64,000 nt of DNA from an uncultured Cellulophaga sp. (GTDB taxonomy: Bacteria; Bacteroidota; Bacteroidia; Flavobacteriales; Flavobacteriaceae), in NCBI GenBank assembly GCA_947496695.1, contig CANMEI010000003.1:220109-284108 (forward strand). Reading direction: 5' to 3'. Below, in pieces: positions 30,295 to 41,659 of this stretch. The first letter of the stretch is position 1; the number at the start of each line of letters is the position of its first letter. The notes under the pieces were generated by a model. It saw nothing but the letters and a program-made list of their open reading frames with translations, ran no database searches and had not been told where the DNA came from. The translations under genes and the position numbers were made by a program.

Positions 30295-30714
30295 TTAAGC
30301 CGAATAATCTCTAGCAACAATAAACTTTGTTTTTACAGGTAACTTCTGAGCCGCAAGACGCAAAGCCTCTTTAGCAACTTCCTGAGAAACACCTGCTATT
30401 TCAAACATAATTCTACCTGGTAAAACCACAGCAACAAAATATTCAGGAGCACCCTTACCTTTACCCATACGAACCTCTAGAGGTTTCTTAGTGATTGGCT
30501 TATCTGGAAAAATTTTGATCCACATTTGCCCTTCTCTTTTCATATATCTAGTAGCAGCAATACGAGCCGCTTCTATTTGTCTTGATGTAATAAAACTTGT
30601 CTCCAAAGATTTTATACCGAACATACCATTTGAAAGCTGATGACCTCTACCAGAAATCCCTTTCATTCTACCCTTTTGCGCTTTGCGAAACTTGGTTCTT
30701 TTTGGTTGTAACAT
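30295..30714 (-). CDS. rplP: 50S ribosomal protein L16 (uL16)
   Basis: [18 protein letters not shown]...RG..L..G.FG.K. Confidence 0.98.
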   Translation of the reverse strand: MLQPKRTKFRKAQKGRMKGISGRGHQLSNGMFGIKSLETSFITSRQIEAARIAATRYMKREGQMWIKIFPDKPITKKPLEVRMGKGKGAPEYFVAVVLPGRIMFEIAGVSQEVAKEALRLAAQKLPVKTKFIVARDYSA

Positions 30715-30734
30715 TTTTCTACTTCTTTAAAAAA

Positions 30735-31454
30735 TTACTTTCTACGACGTGGTTTCTTGTTACCATCCTTATTACCACCTTTAGATCCTTGGCTTTTTTC
30801 CATTCCAACTAAAGGAGATAAATCTCTCTTACCATAAACTTCACCTTTCATAATCCACACTTTAATACCTAATCTTCCATAAGTAGTATGCGCTTCATGT
30901 AAAGCATAATCAATATCTGCTCTAAAAGTAGACAATGGTATTCTTCCATCTTTATAAGACTCAGATCGTGCCATTTCAGCACCATTCAAACGTCCAGAAA
31001 TTTGAATTTTAATTCCCTCAGCGTTCATACGCATTGCCGCAGCAATAGCCATTTTAATAGCACGTCTAAAAGAAATTCTATTTTCAATTTGACGAGCAAC
31101 ACTTGCAGCAACTAAATTTGCATCTAATTCAGGTCTCTTAATTTCAAATATATTAATTTGAACTTCTTTACCTGTAATTTTCTTAAGCTCCTCTTTTAAC
31201 TTATCAACCTCTTGACCACCTTTACCAATAATAATACCTGGTCTAGCTGTTGTGATAGTTATAGTGATTAACTTTAAAGTACGCTCAATAATAACTCTTG
31301 ACACACTAGCCTTAGCTAAACGCGCATGAACGTATTTTCTAATTTTATTGTCTTCGGCTAACTTATCACCGTAGTCGTTTCCACCATACCAGTTAGATTC
31401 CCATCCTCTGATAATACCTAAACGAATTCCAATTGGATTTGTCTTCTGTCCCAT
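30735..31454 (-). CDS. rpsC: 30S ribosomal protein S3 (uS3)
   Basis: [13 protein letters not shown]...W.S.W... with a KH domain and a basic C-terminal tail. Confidence 0.98.
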   Translation of the reverse strand: MGQKTNPIGIRLGIIRGWESNWYGGNDYGDKLAEDNKIRKYVHARLAKASVSRVIIERTLKLITITITTARPGIIIGKGGQEVDKLKEELKKITGKEVQINIFEIKRPELDANLVAASVARQIENRISFRRAIKMAIAAAMRMNAEGIKIQISGRLNGAEMARSESYKDGRIPLSTFRADIDYALHEAHTTYGRLGIKVWIMKGEVYGKRDLSPLVGMEKSQGSKGGNKDGNKKPRRRK

Positions 31455-31457
31455 ACT

Positions 31458-31865
31458 CTAGCTTTGTACGTTATTGTTAGAATCCAATACTAATGTAACA
31501 TGATTGGAACGTTTTCTAATTCTGTGTGCTCTACCTTGTGGAGCAGGTCTAAGTCTTTTCAACATAGCCCCACTATCAACTCTAATTTCCTTAATAAAAA
31601 GATCAGCATCTTCAATACTAGCATCTTCATTCTTAGATTGCCAATTTGCAATTGCAGATAAAAGTAATTTCTCTAATTTACGAGAAGCCTCTTTAGAATT
31701 GAATTTCAAAATAGCTAAAGCTTTTTCAACCTGAACACCTCTAACCAAATCCGCGACTAAACGCATTTTTCTTGGTGAAGTAGGACAGTTATTCAATTTT
31801 GCAAAAGCAATTTGCTTTTTCTCCGCCTTTATTCTTTCGGCCATTTGTTTTTTACGAACTCCCAT
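31458..31865 (-). CDS. rplV: 50S ribosomal protein L22 (uL22)
   Basis: 135 aa with ...SPRK.RLVADL.RG..V..AL..L.F and a C-terminal R.RP.A.GRA..I.KR..H. Confidence 0.97.
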   Translation of the reverse strand: MGVRKKQMAERIKAEKKQIAFAKLNNCPTSPRKMRLVADLVRGVQVEKALAILKFNSKEASRKLEKLLLSAIANWQSKNEDASIEDADLFIKEIRVDSGAMLKRLRPAPQGRAHRIRKRSNHVTLVLDSNNNVQS

Positions 31866-31868
31866 AGC

Positions 31869-32147
31869 TTACTTTTTACCTTTATTTTTCGAACCACCAT
31901 GACCCCTAAAAGATCTAGTTGGTGAAAATTCTCCTAATTTATGACCAACCATATTCTCTGTAACAAATACAGGAACAAATTGTCTACCATTATGAACAGC
32001 GATAGTTTGACCAACAAAATCTGGTGTTATCATTGAAGCTCTAGACCATGTTTTAACAACAGTCTTTTTACCAGAATCAATATTCTGCTGAACTTTCTTT
32101 TCTAAACTAAAGTGAACGTAAGGTCCTTTTTTCAGTGAACGTGCCAT
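31869..32147 (-). CDS. rpsS: 30S ribosomal protein S19 (uS19)
   Basis: [10 protein letters not shown]...L..K.......K...KTWSR.S.I.P.FVG.TIAVHNG..F.PV. Confidence 0.98.
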   Translation of the reverse strand: MARSLKKGPYVHFSLEKKVQQNIDSGKKTVVKTWSRASMITPDFVGQTIAVHNGRQFVPVFVTENMVGHKLGEFSPTRSFRGHGGSKNKGKK

Positions 32148-32160
32148 TTCTTTTTACTTT

Positions 32161-32985
32161 TTATTTCTTTCTACGTTCTAATATATATCTATTTGTAGCC
32201 TTAGTCTTAGAACGTGTTCTAAATCCTTTAGCAGGAATACCGTTCTTAGATCTTGGATGACCACCTGAAGCTCTACCTTCACCACCACCCATTGGATGAT
32301 CAACAGGATTCATAGCTACCGGTCTAGTTCTAGGTCTTCTACCCAACCATCTGCTTCTACCAGCTTTACCTGACACTAACAATTGATGATCAGAGTTAGA
32401 AACCGCCCCAATAGTAGCTAAACATAAAACTAAAATCAATCTAGTTTCACCTGACGGCAACTTAACTGTTGCAAACTTACCATCTCTAGCCATTAATTGA
32501 GCAAACGTACCTGCACTTCTAGCCATAACAGCTCCTTGACCAGGACGTAACTCTATACAAGAAATAATAGTCCCTAAAGGAATAGCACTTAAAGGAAGTG
32601 CATTACCTATCTCAGGAGTTGCATCAACACCAGAAGTGACCTCCTGACCCACTTGCATTCCGTTTTGAGCCACAACATACCTCTTTTCACCATCAGCATA
32701 CTTCACTAAAGCAACAAATGCTGTTCTGTTTGGATCATACTGAATTGACTCAACGACACCAGCAACCCCTTGCTTATCTCTTTTGAAATCAATAACACGA
32801 TACCTTCTCTTATGACCACCACCTTTATGGCGCATAGTCATTTTACCTTGACTGTTTCTACCTCCGGACTTTTTTAACGGAGCAAGCAAGCTCTTCTCCG
32901 GCTTATCAGTAGTAATCGCGTCGAATCCGTTTACTACTCTAAAACGCTGTCCTGGAGTGATTGGTTTTAATTTTCTAACTGACAT
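32161..32985 (-). CDS. rplB: 50S ribosomal protein L2 (uL2)
   Basis: 274 aa with ...GGR...G..T.RH.GGGHKR.YR.IDF.R and MNPVDHP.GGGEG. Confidence 0.98.
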   Translation of the reverse strand: MSVRKLKPITPGQRFRVVNGFDAITTDKPEKSLLAPLKKSGGRNSQGKMTMRHKGGGHKRRYRVIDFKRDKQGVAGVVESIQYDPNRTAFVALVKYADGEKRYVVAQNGMQVGQEVTSGVDATPEIGNALPLSAIPLGTIISCIELRPGQGAVMARSAGTFAQLMARDGKFATVKLPSGETRLILVLCLATIGAVSNSDHQLLVSGKAGRSRWLGRRPRTRPVAMNPVDHPMGGGEGRASGGHPRSKNGIPAKGFRTRSKTKATNRYILERRKK

Positions 32986-33001
32986 TTTTTGTCTTTAGTT
33001 A

Positions 33002-33292
33002 TTATAGATTACTGTAATAATCAATTATATCACCTTCAGCTACATCGATAATCGCTTTTTTATAAGCATTTGATTTACCATGTTGCACTCCGGTTTTTGT
33101 ATAACGAGTCTTTCTTGAAGGCCCGTAATTCATTGTTCTAACTTTATTAACCGAAACTCCGTAAGTTGACTCAACAGCTTCTTTAATCTGAAGCTTGTTT
33201 GCATTAGGATTTACAATGAAACCATAACGGTTATACAACTCACTATCTGAAGTCATTTTTTCAGTAATAATAGGCTTTATTAACACACTCAT
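33002..33292 (-). CDS. rplW: 50S ribosomal protein L23 (uL23)
   Basis: 96 aa between rplD and rplB, with I.KP.ITEK.......N.Y.F.V...ANK..IK.AVE..Y.V.V..V.T. Confidence 0.96.
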   Translation of the reverse strand: MSVLIKPIITEKMTSDSELYNRYGFIVNPNANKLQIKEAVESTYGVSVNKVRTMNYGPSRKTRYTKTGVQHGKSNAYKKAIIDVAEGDIIDYYSNL

Positions 33293-33299
33293 GATTCTA

Positions 33300-33929
33300 T
33301 TATTTTGTTAAATTCGATTCAATTTCTTCTAAAGAACCTTCTAGAAGCACAATATTATTAGCATTTAAAATTTTATAAGTGCTTAATTCTGAATTAGTTA
33401 CAACATCAGAACCCTTTAAATTGCGTGACGACAAATATACATTATTATTTGAATCACCCAACACAAATAAAGATTTTTTATTTTCCAAGCCTAAAGATTT
33501 TAAAACATTCTTAAAATCTTTCGTTTTTGGAGCTTCAAAATTGAAGTCTTCCACAACAACTATAGCCTTTTCATTTGACTTAATTGTGAAAGCAGATTTT
33601 CTAGCCAAACGCTTTAAATTCTTATTCAATTTCTGCTTATAATCTTTAGGTCTAGGTCCAAAAATACGACCACCACCTCTAAAAACTGGAGATTTAATAC
33701 TACCCGCACGAGCAGTACCTGTACCTTTTTGTTTTTTAATTTTTCTTGTACTACCAGCTATTTCAGCTCTCTCTTTAGCCTTATGCGTACCTTGTCTTTG
33801 GTGCGCTAAATACTGCTTAACATCTAAATAAACAGCATGTTTATTAGGCTCTATTGCGAAAACAGAATCAGAAAGCTCAACCTTTCTACCTGTTTCTTTT
33901 CCTTTTATATCTAAAACTGCTACCTTCAT
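33300..33929 (-). CDS. rplD: 50S ribosomal protein L4 (uL4)
   Basis: 209 aa with ...R.G.HK.K.R.E..GS.RK...QKGTG.AR.GS...P.FRGGG..FGP.P. Confidence 0.97.
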   Translation of the reverse strand: MKVAVLDIKGKETGRKVELSDSVFAIEPNKHAVYLDVKQYLAHQRQGTHKAKERAEIAGSTRKIKKQKGTGTARAGSIKSPVFRGGGRIFGPRPKDYKQKLNKNLKRLARKSAFTIKSNEKAIVVVEDFNFEAPKTKDFKNVLKSLGLENKKSLFVLGDSNNNVYLSSRNLKGSDVVTNSELSTYKILNANNIVLLEGSLEEIESNLTK

Positions 33930-34546
33930 TACTTCTCAATAGTTACGTAAGCGTTCTTATGACCAGGTACACAACCTTTTAAAACTACAAGGTTTTTTTC
34001 TGGAACTACTTTTAATACTTTAAGGTTTTGAACAGTTACCCTATCTCCACCCATTCTTCCTGCCATTTTCATGCCTTTAAAAACACGAGCTGGATAAGAA
34101 GCTGCACCAACAGAACCTGGCGCTCTAAGTCTATTGTGCTGTCCGTGAGTAGCTTGACCTACACCGCCAAAACCATGTCTTTTAACAACACCTTGAAAAC
34201 CTTTACCTTTTGATGTTCCAATTGCATCAACAAATTCACCTTCCACAAAAAGATCTGCACCTATAGTGTCACCTAATTTGTAATCTCCTTCAAAATCTCG
34301 AAATTCAATGACTTTTTTCTTTGGAGAAACACCTGCTTTTTTAAAATGACCTGCTTCGGCCTTATTTGCACGTTTTTCTGCCTTGTCATCGAAACCAAGC
34401 TGAAGAGCACTATACCCGTCAACCTCTAAGGTTCTGACTTGGGTAACTACACATGGACCAACTTCGATTACTGTACACGGCATATTTTTACCGTTTTCAT
34501 CGAAAATACTAGTCATGCCTACTTTCTTTCCTATTAACCCAGACAT
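33929..34546 (-). CDS. rplC: 50S ribosomal protein L3 (uL3)
   Basis: [34 protein letters not shown] and F.G.GKGKGFQG..KRH.F. Confidence 0.98.
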   Translation of the reverse strand: MSGLIGKKVGMTSIFDENGKNMPCTVIEVGPCVVTQVRTLEVDGYSALQLGFDDKAEKRANKAEAGHFKKAGVSPKKKVIEFRDFEGDYKLGDTIGADLFVEGEFVDAIGTSKGKGFQGVVKRHGFGGVGQATHGQHNRLRAPGSVGAASYPARVFKGMKMAGRMGGDRVTVQNLKVLKVVPEKNLVVLKGCVPGHKNAYVTIEK

Positions 34547-34704
34547 ATTTAATTTAATTAATTAGTATTTACTTATTTATTTATTTTTATTGCAAAAAAT
34601 AAGGGCCAAAAATAAATCGACCCTGATTTTATTTTTTCCGTTTTTCCCTTGCGAAACGCTCAGGACATGTAACTCGTGATCAAATAAATGATCACGAGAA
34701 TTAA
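34547..34704 (-). promoter_or_regulatory. Structured 158-nt rpsJ-rplC intergenic RNA with a terminator-like hairpin (candidate attenuator/leader)
   Basis: The minus RNA has a perfect 10-bp hairpin CUCGUGAUCA-UUUAUU-UGAUCACGAG (34673-34698) and UCCU..GCG-UUU-CGC..GGGA. It then has AGGGUC-(11 nt)-GGCCCU followed by UAUUUUUUG (34593-34624). Confidence 0.4.
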
Positions 34705-35010
34705 TTATACTTTTATCTCAACTTCAACACCACTTGGCAACTCTAATTTCATTAAAGCATCAATAGTTTTTGAAGAAGAGCTGTAAATATCTAACAGTCT
34801 CTTATAAGAACTTAACTGAAATTGCTCTCTCGACTTTTTATTAACGTGAGGAGAACGCAATACAGTAAATATTTTCTTATGTGTTGGTAATGGAATTGGT
34901 CCAGTAACAACAGCACCTGTAGTTTTTACAGTTTTAACGATTTTCTCAGCAGATTTATCTACCAAGTTATAATCGTATGATTTTAGTTTTATTCTAATTT
35001 TTTGACTCAT
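34705..35010 (-). CDS. rpsJ: 30S ribosomal protein S10 (uS10)
   Basis: [32 protein letters not shown]. Confidence 0.98.
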   Translation of the reverse strand: MSQKIRIKLKSYDYNLVDKSAEKIVKTVKTTGAVVTGPIPLPTHKKIFTVLRSPHVNKKSREQFQLSSYKRLLDIYSSSSKTIDALMKLELPSGVEVEIKV

Positions 35011-35028
35011 TTTGCTAAAATTAAGCGA

Positions 35029-37155
35029 TTATTCTCCTTTTGCTGCTTTAATAACTTCTTCAGAAATATTTGAAGGCGTTTCTGCGTAGTGTGAAAATTC
35101 CATAGTAGAAGTTGCTCTACCAGAAGACATAGTTCTCAACGAAGTAACATAACCGAACATTTCTGATAACGGAACTTCACCTTTAATAGCTTTAGCTCCT
35201 GCTCTATCACTCATATTCGTAATTGTACCTCTTCTTCTATTAAGATCACCTACAATATCACCCATATTTTCCTCAGGCGTAAGAACCTCTATTTTCATAA
35301 TTGGCTCCATTATCACAGCACCAGCAGCCTTACCAGCAGCCTTATAACCCATTTTAGCAGCTAATTCAAAAGATAAAGCATCAGAATCCACAGGGTGGAA
35401 AGATCCATCTTTTAATACCACTTTCATAGTATCCATTTCATAACCCGCTAAAGGACCAGCCTTCATTGCAATTTCAAAACCTTTTTGTACTGAAGGAATA
35501 AACTCCTTAGGAATACGACCACCTTTAATTTCATCAACGAATTGTAATCCTTCGCCTTCAAAATCAGAATCAGCAGGCCCCATTTCAAATACAATATCAC
35601 CAAATTTACCACGACCACCAGATTGCTTCTTATAAGTTTCTCTATGACCAGCAGTTTTAGTAACAGCTTCTTTATACTCAACTTGAGGCTGCCCTTGATT
35701 TACATCAACCTTAAACTCACGTCTCAAACGATCAACAATAATATCTAAATGAAGTTCACCCATACCAGATATAATTGTCTGACCAGAAGCCTCATCTGTT
35801 TTCACCTGGAAAGTAGGATCTTCTTCAGCTAATTTAGCCAAAGCCATACCTAACTTATCTACATCAGCTTTAGTTTTAGGCTCAACAGCAATACCTATTA
35901 CAGGATCAGGAAAATCCATACTCTCCAAAATAATTGGAAATTTTTCAGCAGACATTGTATCTCCCGTCTTAATATCTTTAAAACCTACAGCTGCACCAAT
36001 ATCACCTGCTTCAATAAAATCGATAGCATTTTGCTTATTAGAGTGCATTTGATAAATTCTAGAAATACGCTCTTTTTTACCAGAACGGTTATTCAATATA
36101 TAAGAACCAGCATCTAAACGACCTGAATAAGTTCTAAAGAATGCCAAACGACCAACAAAAGGATCCGTAGCAATTTTAAACGCTAATGCAGCAAAAGGCT
36201 CATTAACATCTGGCTTACGAGTAATTTGCTCACCAGTATCTGGATCAGTACCAACGATATCATCCTTATCCACAGGAGAAGGCAAATAACGACAAACAGC
36301 ATCTAACAAGAACTGAACACCTTTATTTTTAAATGAAGAACCACAAATCATAGGAATAATTGCCCTATCCATAACAGCAGCTCTCAATGCAGCATGAACT
36401 TCCTCTTCAGTAATAGAATCTTCATCTTCGAAGAATTTCTCCATCAACTCTTCATCATATTCAGCAACAGCTTCAATTAAGGCAGCTCTATACTCCTTAA
36501 CTTCCGCTTTCATATCTTCAGGTATATCGATTACATCGAAAGTAGCCCCAAAACCTTCATCATGCCAAGTAATTGCTCTATTTTTAGCCAAGTCAACGAT
36601 ACCTCTAAAATCAGCTTCATCACCGATAGGAAGTACAATTGGAACTGCATTAGAACCTAACATATCTTTAACTTGCTTACACACGTTTAAGAAATTAGAA
36701 CCCTGTCTATCCATTTTATTTACAAAACCAATTCTTGGAACTTTGTAATTATCAGCAAGCCTCCAGTTAGTTTCTGATTGCGGTTCAACACCATCAACAG
36801 CACTAAACAAGAAAACCAAACCATCCAAAACACGAAGAGAACGATTTACTTCAACCGTAAAATCAACGTGACCCGGAGTGTCAATAATATTAAAGTGATA
36901 ATCTTTAGTATCAGGTAACGGTTTAGCATTTTCCAATGGAAACTTCCACGTACATGTTGTAGCCGCAGAAGTAATAGTAATACCACGTTCTTGCTCTTGC
37001 TCCATCCAGTCCATAGTAGCCGCACCATCATGCACCTCACCTATTTTATGACTCACACCTGTATAAAAAAGTATACGCTCAGTTGTTGTAGTTTTACCCG
37101 CATCAATATGAGCAGCAATACCTATATTTCTAGTAAATTTTAAATCTCTAGCCAT
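35029..37155 (-). CDS. fusA: Elongation factor G
   Basis: 708 aa with GTPase motifs [18 protein letters not shown] and EF-G domains IV/V. Confidence 0.98.
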   Translation of the reverse strand: MARDLKFTRNIGIAAHIDAGKTTTTERILFYTGVSHKIGEVHDGAATMDWMEQEQERGITITSAATTCTWKFPLENAKPLPDTKDYHFNIIDTPGHVDFTVEVNRSLRVLDGLVFLFSAVDGVEPQSETNWRLADNYKVPRIGFVNKMDRQGSNFLNVCKQVKDMLGSNAVPIVLPIGDEADFRGIVDLAKNRAITWHDEGFGATFDVIDIPEDMKAEVKEYRAALIEAVAEYDEELMEKFFEDEDSITEEEVHAALRAAVMDRAIIPMICGSSFKNKGVQFLLDAVCRYLPSPVDKDDIVGTDPDTGEQITRKPDVNEPFAALAFKIATDPFVGRLAFFRTYSGRLDAGSYILNNRSGKKERISRIYQMHSNKQNAIDFIEAGDIGAAVGFKDIKTGDTMSAEKFPIILESMDFPDPVIGIAVEPKTKADVDKLGMALAKLAEEDPTFQVKTDEASGQTIISGMGELHLDIIVDRLRREFKVDVNQGQPQVEYKEAVTKTAGHRETYKKQSGGRGKFGDIVFEMGPADSDFEGEGLQFVDEIKGGRIPKEFIPSVQKGFEIAMKAGPLAGYEMDTMKVVLKDGSFHPVDSDALSFELAAKMGYKAAGKAAGAVIMEPIMKIEVLTPEENMGDIVGDLNRRRGTITNMSDRAGAKAIKGEVPLSEMFGYVTSLRTMSSGRATSTMEFSHYAETPSNISEEVIKAAKGE

Positions 37156-37164
37156 TTCTGATAA

Positions 37165-37641
37165 TTAAAATCTAAAGTGAGAGAAAGCCTTATTTGCTTC
37201 TGCCATTTTGTGAGTATCTGTTCTTTTCTTAACCGCAGCACCTTCTTCTTTAGCCGCAGCTAATATTTCACCAGCAAGTTTTTGAGACATAGCCTTCTCG
37301 TTTCTTTTACGAGCAAAACTAATCAACCACTTCATTGCTGTTGAAATTTTTCTATCCGGCCTAATTTGCATAGGAATTTGGAATGTAGCACCCCCAACCC
37401 TTCTACTTCTCACCTCAACATGAGGCATAACATTCGAAAGAGCATCCTTCCAAATCTCTAAAGCCGTTTTTTCTTCATCTGTTTTCTTCTCTTCAACAAT
37501 ATCAATTGCATCGTAGAATACTTTGTATGCTACCGACTTTTTACCATCCCACATCATCATATTAACAAAACGCGTCACTAACTGATCATTAAATCTTGGA
37601 TCCGGTAAAAGAGGTCTCTTTTTAGCCTGTTTTTTTCTCAT
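37165..37641 (-). CDS. rpsG: 30S ribosomal protein S7 (uS7)
   Basis: MRKKQAKKR...PDPRF.D.LVTRF.N..M.DGKKS.A. Confidence 0.98.
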   Translation of the reverse strand: MRKKQAKKRPLLPDPRFNDQLVTRFVNMMMWDGKKSVAYKVFYDAIDIVEEKKTDEEKTALEIWKDALSNVMPHVEVRSRRVGGATFQIPMQIRPDRKISTAMKWLISFARKRNEKAMSQKLAGEILAAAKEEGAAVKKRTDTHKMAEANKAFSHFRF

Positions 37642-37661
37642 TTTTTCTGTTTAAAGCTTGA

Positions 37662-38036
37662 TTACTTCTTAGGTCTTTTAGCACCATACTTAGATCTACG
37701 CTGAGTTCTTCCAGCAACACCTGCTGTATCTAAAGCACCTCTAACGATATGATACCTAACACCTGGTAAATCTTTAACTCTTCCGCCCCTTACTAATACT
37801 ATCGAGTGCTCTTGAAGATTATGTCCTTCTCCAGGGATGTAAGCGTTCACCTCTTTACCATTTGTCAACCTTACCCTTGCAACTTTTCGCATTGCTGAGT
37901 TAGGTTTTTTCGGTGTAGTTGTGTAAACACGAGTACAAACCCCTCTTCTTTGAGGACACGAATCCAAAGCAGCCGATTTACTCTTCTTAGTAATCGTGAC
38001 CCTTCCTTTTCGTACTAATTGTGAAATTGTTGGCAT
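37662..38036 (-). CDS. rpsL: 30S ribosomal protein S12 (uS12)
   Basis: [12 protein letters not shown]........[29 protein letters not shown]. Confidence 0.98.
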   Translation of the reverse strand: MPTISQLVRKGRVTITKKSKSAALDSCPQRRGVCTRVYTTTPKKPNSAMRKVARVRLTNGKEVNAYIPGEGHNLQEHSIVLVRGGRVKDLPGVRYHIVRGALDTAGVAGRTQRRSKYGAKRPKK

Positions 38037-38082
38037 ACTATAATTCTATCTTATATATATCTTACCCTCTTTTAAGGGTCGG

Positions 38083-38113
38083 CAAATTTAGTAATAATTC
38101 GCTAATATTCAAA
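38083..38113 (-). promoter_or_regulatory. Consensus Bacteroidota sigma-A promoter for the rpsL operon
   Basis: The minus strand reads TTTG (38113-38110), an exactly 19-nt spacer, then TAAATTTG (38090-38083). This is a perfect match to the -33 TTTG / -7 TAnnTTTG consensus, 46 nt upstream of the rpsL ATG. Confidence 0.6.
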
Positions 38114-38408
38114 TAATAAAGAGTTTATTTTTAATAAAAAAAACAAAACTATATTTTAAACACCAAAAACTAGTTAATTTCCATTAGCCAATAAAGTATT
38201 TACACAATCAATTAAACTCAATGGTAATTACCAAAATATTACGAATAAAGCATTTTTTTTGATTGAATATTGCAAATTACATAAAAAAACTCATCAGATA
38301 ATCCATATTAACATTTTGTTAAAATTAATACAATATTAAGTTAAATAAAATTTGTTTAATTAACTTTTAATTAAGATTTTCGCAAAGACTAATTTTAATA
38401 AAACAGAA

Positions 38409-41400
38409 ATGAAAACAAAAGTAAAAGGAATCTTTACGCTTCTTTTAGCGCTTGTTGTGCACGTAACATTTGCGCAAGAAAAAACGATTTCAGGAACAGT
38501 AACAGATCAAGATGGTCTGCCGTTACCTGGAGTTAACATTATCACTTTAGGAACAACTAGTGGTACACAAACTGACTTTGATGGTCTCTACACCATACAA
38601 ACTGAAATCGGAGCAACATTATTATTTTCTTATGTAGGACAAAAGGAAGTTAAAAAAATTGTTGGAGCTAGTACAACAATTAATGTTCAAATGAAAGAAG
38701 ATGCTCAAAGCCTAGACGAGGTAGTAGTAACTGCACAAGGTGTAAAGCAAGAGAAAAAAGCCCTTGGATATGCAGTAGCAACGGTTTCAAGTGAAGAAAT
38801 TGAATCTAGAGCAGATACAGATATTGGTAAAATTTTAAGAGGTAAGGCGGCTGGCGTTAGAATTACTGGTACTGGTGGTGTTTCTGGGAGTGGCTCAAAC
38901 ATTATAATCAGAGGAGCTTCATCTATAACAGGTAATAACCAACCATTATTCGTAGTTGATGGAATTCCATTTGATGCTTCTTCAGATGTAGCAAATCAAG
39001 ACAGTTCTTCTGGTTCATTTCAATCAGGAAATGTAGCTAGTAGATTTGCTGACTTAGATCCTAATAATATTGAAACCGTAAGTATATTAAAAGGTTTAAG
39101 CGCTACAGCTATTTATGGTAGCGCCGGAAGAAATGGGGTTATTTTAATAACAACAAAAACCGGAGCTGGTAGCAATAAAAAATTCGAAGTTACAGTTAAT
39201 CAATCTATATTCTTCAATGATATCGTATTACCTGATTATCAAGATACATGGGGGAATGGATTCCAAAATGTATATGGAGCTTTTTTTAGTAATTGGGGTT
39301 CTCGTTTTGATAGTCAAGACACCATCGATAACGCCTTCAGAACTTCTATCTTAAATAACTTTGGAGTAGAACCTTCTGTTCTTTTTCCAAATAGAACAGA
39401 TTTAGATTCTCCAACAGTAGAGTACAGGCCTTATAATTCTCAAGAAGATTTTTTTAAAACTGGAACTATATCTACTACTTCTTTAACTGCTGCAGGTGGT
39501 TTCGAAAAAGGAAATTATAGTGTATCTTATTCTAATACACAAGATCAAGGATTTATACCTTCCAATAAAATGATTAGAAATAATTTTTCTGCTGGTGGTT
39601 CTTACAAGTTTGACAATAAATTTACTGTAACAGCAAAGTTGAATTATGCCAAAACAGATATTAAGTCTCCTTTCACAGATGCTTCAACAGGTAGTGATGT
39701 CACTTCTTCTACAGCAGGAACAGGAGGTATTGCATCAATTTGGAATGTTTTATATTTACCAAGAAGTGTAGATATTACTCTTCCTTATCAACACCCAGTA
39801 ACTGGAGAAAGTATTTGGTACAGAGGTGGAAATGATAGAACTAATCCACAATGGGTAGTTGACAATACTAGAGATATTAACAATACAAATAGAGTATTTG
39901 GTAATTTTGTAGTTAATTACGAATTAAATGATTGGATAAATTTAAACTGGAGAACAACATTAGATAACAGTTTTACGAACACTGAAAGATCTATTAATAA
40001 AGGCTCAAATGATGGACTTCACCCAAATGGTTATTTACAAACCACAAGTCAAAGAAGTACTATATGGGATCATACGTTATTTGCATCATTTGACTCTGAC
40101 TTATCTGAAAAAATTGGAATTTTAGGTACAGTTGGTTTAACTAGTAGAAGAACAGAATTTGATAGAATAGGTAATGAAAGTAGAGATCAAATTGTATTTG
40201 GTTTACAAAACCATGGAAACTACTTGAATCATAGTCCTATCCAAGAGGGTACATTATTTCCTGCTAACACAGCTACTTACCAATATTATGAAGAAAGCAA
40301 TAACCCTGCAGTTTATGCTACAACTACTTTAGATTACGAAGGATATCTTTTTGTTTCTGGAAACGCTAGAAATGACTGGTTCTCTGGATTAGAACCTGAT
40401 AATCGTTCTCAATTTTCTTGGAGTACTTCAGTATCTTTCATTCCTACTGAAGCTTTCCCAGAGTTGAGAACACAAAAAGGATTAAATTATTTAAAAGTAA
40501 GAGCTTCATACGGTACTGCTCCAGGATTCCCTGGATTATATAGAACCAGAAACGTATTAAACTTAAATCCATCACGATTTGAGACTTCAGATGGAACTAC
40601 AATTACCACGACAAGTGTAGATAATTCATTAGCTAACATTGATTTAAAGCCAGAATTATCAAAAGAGTACGAAGTTGGTATCGAGGCTAGGTTTCTAAAC
40701 AATAGACTTGGTTTTGATTTAACATACTATAATAAAGAAACAAAAGATCAAATTATCGATAGACCATTAGCTCCTGAAACTGGGTTTACCTCTACAACAG
40801 TAAATGTTGGTAATGTAAGTAACAAAGGTATTGAACTTGCTTTTGACGGAACACCTGTTGAAACTACTAACTTTTCATGGAGTATTAACGGTAATTATAC
40901 TATAAATGAAAGTTTAGTATCAGGTCTAGAAGATGGCGAACAAATTTATGTTGGAGGTATATTTACAACTCCGTCAAATCAAGCAATTAATGACAAACCA
41001 CTTGGTGTTATATTAGGTAGTGCTGTTCTAAAAGATGATGAAGGAAACCGTTTAGTAAACGAAAATGGTTACTACATTCAAGATCCTGAAAACCAAATAA
41101 TAGGTGATCCTAATCCAAAATGGTTCATGACTTTAGGTAATACATTTAAATACAAGAATTTAAGTTTAAGTATGCAATGGGAATACCAACATGGAGGAGA
41201 TATTTACGCAACTACTGTAGCTTCTTTAGTAGGTAGAGGCTTAGTTGAAGACACAGATTTTGATAGAACTCAAGGGATAATCTTAGAGGGAGTAAGACAA
41301 TCAACAGGATTAGCAAATGACATTCAACTAACAGCAACTGAAGCTTATTTTAACAACATTGGTTTTGGAACTGATGAATTAAAAATATATGATGCCACAC

Positions 41401-41648
41401 ACATAAGATTAAGGGAAGCATCTTTGGCTTATGCAATGCCTTCGAAATTTTTAGACAAAACACCATTTGGAAGTTTAACAATATCATTAATTGGTCAAAA
41501 CTTATGGGTTAAAGCTTTTAATACTCCTGCTAGTGTAAATTTTGACCCTGAACTTAATAGCCTTGGGGTTGGCAATTCACAAGGACTAGATTACCTTACA
41601 TCATGGAATTCAAGAAGGTACGGATTAAACTTTAAATTAACTTTCTAA
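38409..41648 (+). CDS. SusC/RagA-family TonB-linked outer membrane protein
   Basis: 1079 aa with signal peptide ...VTFAQ, a carboxypeptidase-regulatory-like domain (ISGTVTDQDGLPLPGVNI), LDEVVVTAQG...KALGYAV, a plug, and a large barrel ending ...LNFKLTF. A SusD-like gene follows. Confidence 0.92.
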   Translation: MKTKVKGIFTLLLALVVHVTFAQEKTISGTVTDQDGLPLPGVNIITLGTTSGTQTDFDGLYTIQTEIGATLLFSYVGQKEVKKIVGASTTINVQMKEDAQSLDEVVVTAQGVKQEKKALGYAVATVSSEEIESRADTDIGKILRGKAAGVRITGTGGVSGSGSNIIIRGASSITGNNQPLFVVDGIPFDASSDVANQDSSSGSFQSGNVASRFADLDPNNIETVSILKGLSATAIYGSAGRNGVILITTKTGAGSNKKFEVTVNQSIFFNDIVLPDYQDTWGNGFQNVYGAFFSNWGSRFDSQDTIDNAFRTSILNNFGVEPSVLFPNRTDLDSPTVEYRPYNSQEDFFKTGTISTTSLTAAGGFEKGNYSVSYSNTQDQGFIPSNKMIRNNFSAGGSYKFDNKFTVTAKLNYAKTDIKSPFTDASTGSDVTSSTAGTGGIASIWNVLYLPRSVDITLPYQHPVTGESIWYRGGNDRTNPQWVVDNTRDINNTNRVFGNFVVNYELNDWINLNWRTTLDNSFTNTERSINKGSNDGLHPNGYLQTTSQRSTIWDHTLFASFDSDLSEKIGILGTVGLTSRRTEFDRIGNESRDQIVFGLQNHGNYLNHSPIQEGTLFPANTATYQYYEESNNPAVYATTTLDYEGYLFVSGNARNDWFSGLEPDNRSQFSWSTSVSFIPTEAFPELRTQKGLNYLKVRASYGTAPGFPGLYRTRNVLNLNPSRFETSDGTTITTTSVDNSLANIDLKPELSKEYEVGIEARFLNNRLGFDLTYYNKETKDQIIDRPLAPETGFTSTTVNVGNVSNKGIELAFDGTPVETTNFSWSINGNYTINESLVSGLEDGEQIYVGGIFTTPSNQAINDKPLGVILGSAVLKDDEGNRLVNENGYYIQDPENQIIGDPNPKWFMTLGNTFKYKNLSLSMQWEYQHGGDIYATTVASLVGRGLVEDTDFDRTQGIILEGVRQSTGLANDIQLTATEAYFNNIGFGTDELKIYDATHIRLREASLAYAMPSKFLDKTPFGSLTISLIGQNLWVKAFNTPASVNFDPELNSLGVGNSQGLDYLTSWNSRRYGLNFKLTF

Positions 41649-41659
41649 AAAAATTGGTA

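Noticed and set aside
29228-34213. Antisense ORFs across the ribosomal-protein genes (29228-29419, 29830-30108, 30597-30812, 31504-31734, 33379-33642, 34028-34213)
   Set aside because: All are antisense to r-protein genes with near-perfect family signatures. They have no independent start context or conservation signal and are artefacts of codon bias.
34705-38036. Absence of tuf after fusA, with rpsJ directly joined to the str operon, and absence of adk/map between secY and infA: possible deletion or rearrangement
   Set aside because: As far as I know, this gene order is the normal arrangement in Bacteroidota/Flavobacteriia (tuf is encoded elsewhere, next to the secE-nusG-rplK cluster). It is therefore lineage-typical and not an anomaly.
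38114-38408. Promoter for the SusC-like gene, or a hidden small RNA or ORF, in the 372-nt divergent spacer
   Set aside because: I found only near-matches (for example ATAAAATTTG around 38347-38356, one base off the TAnnTTTG spacing). There are no convincing hairpins or ORFs, so the support is too weak to annotate.
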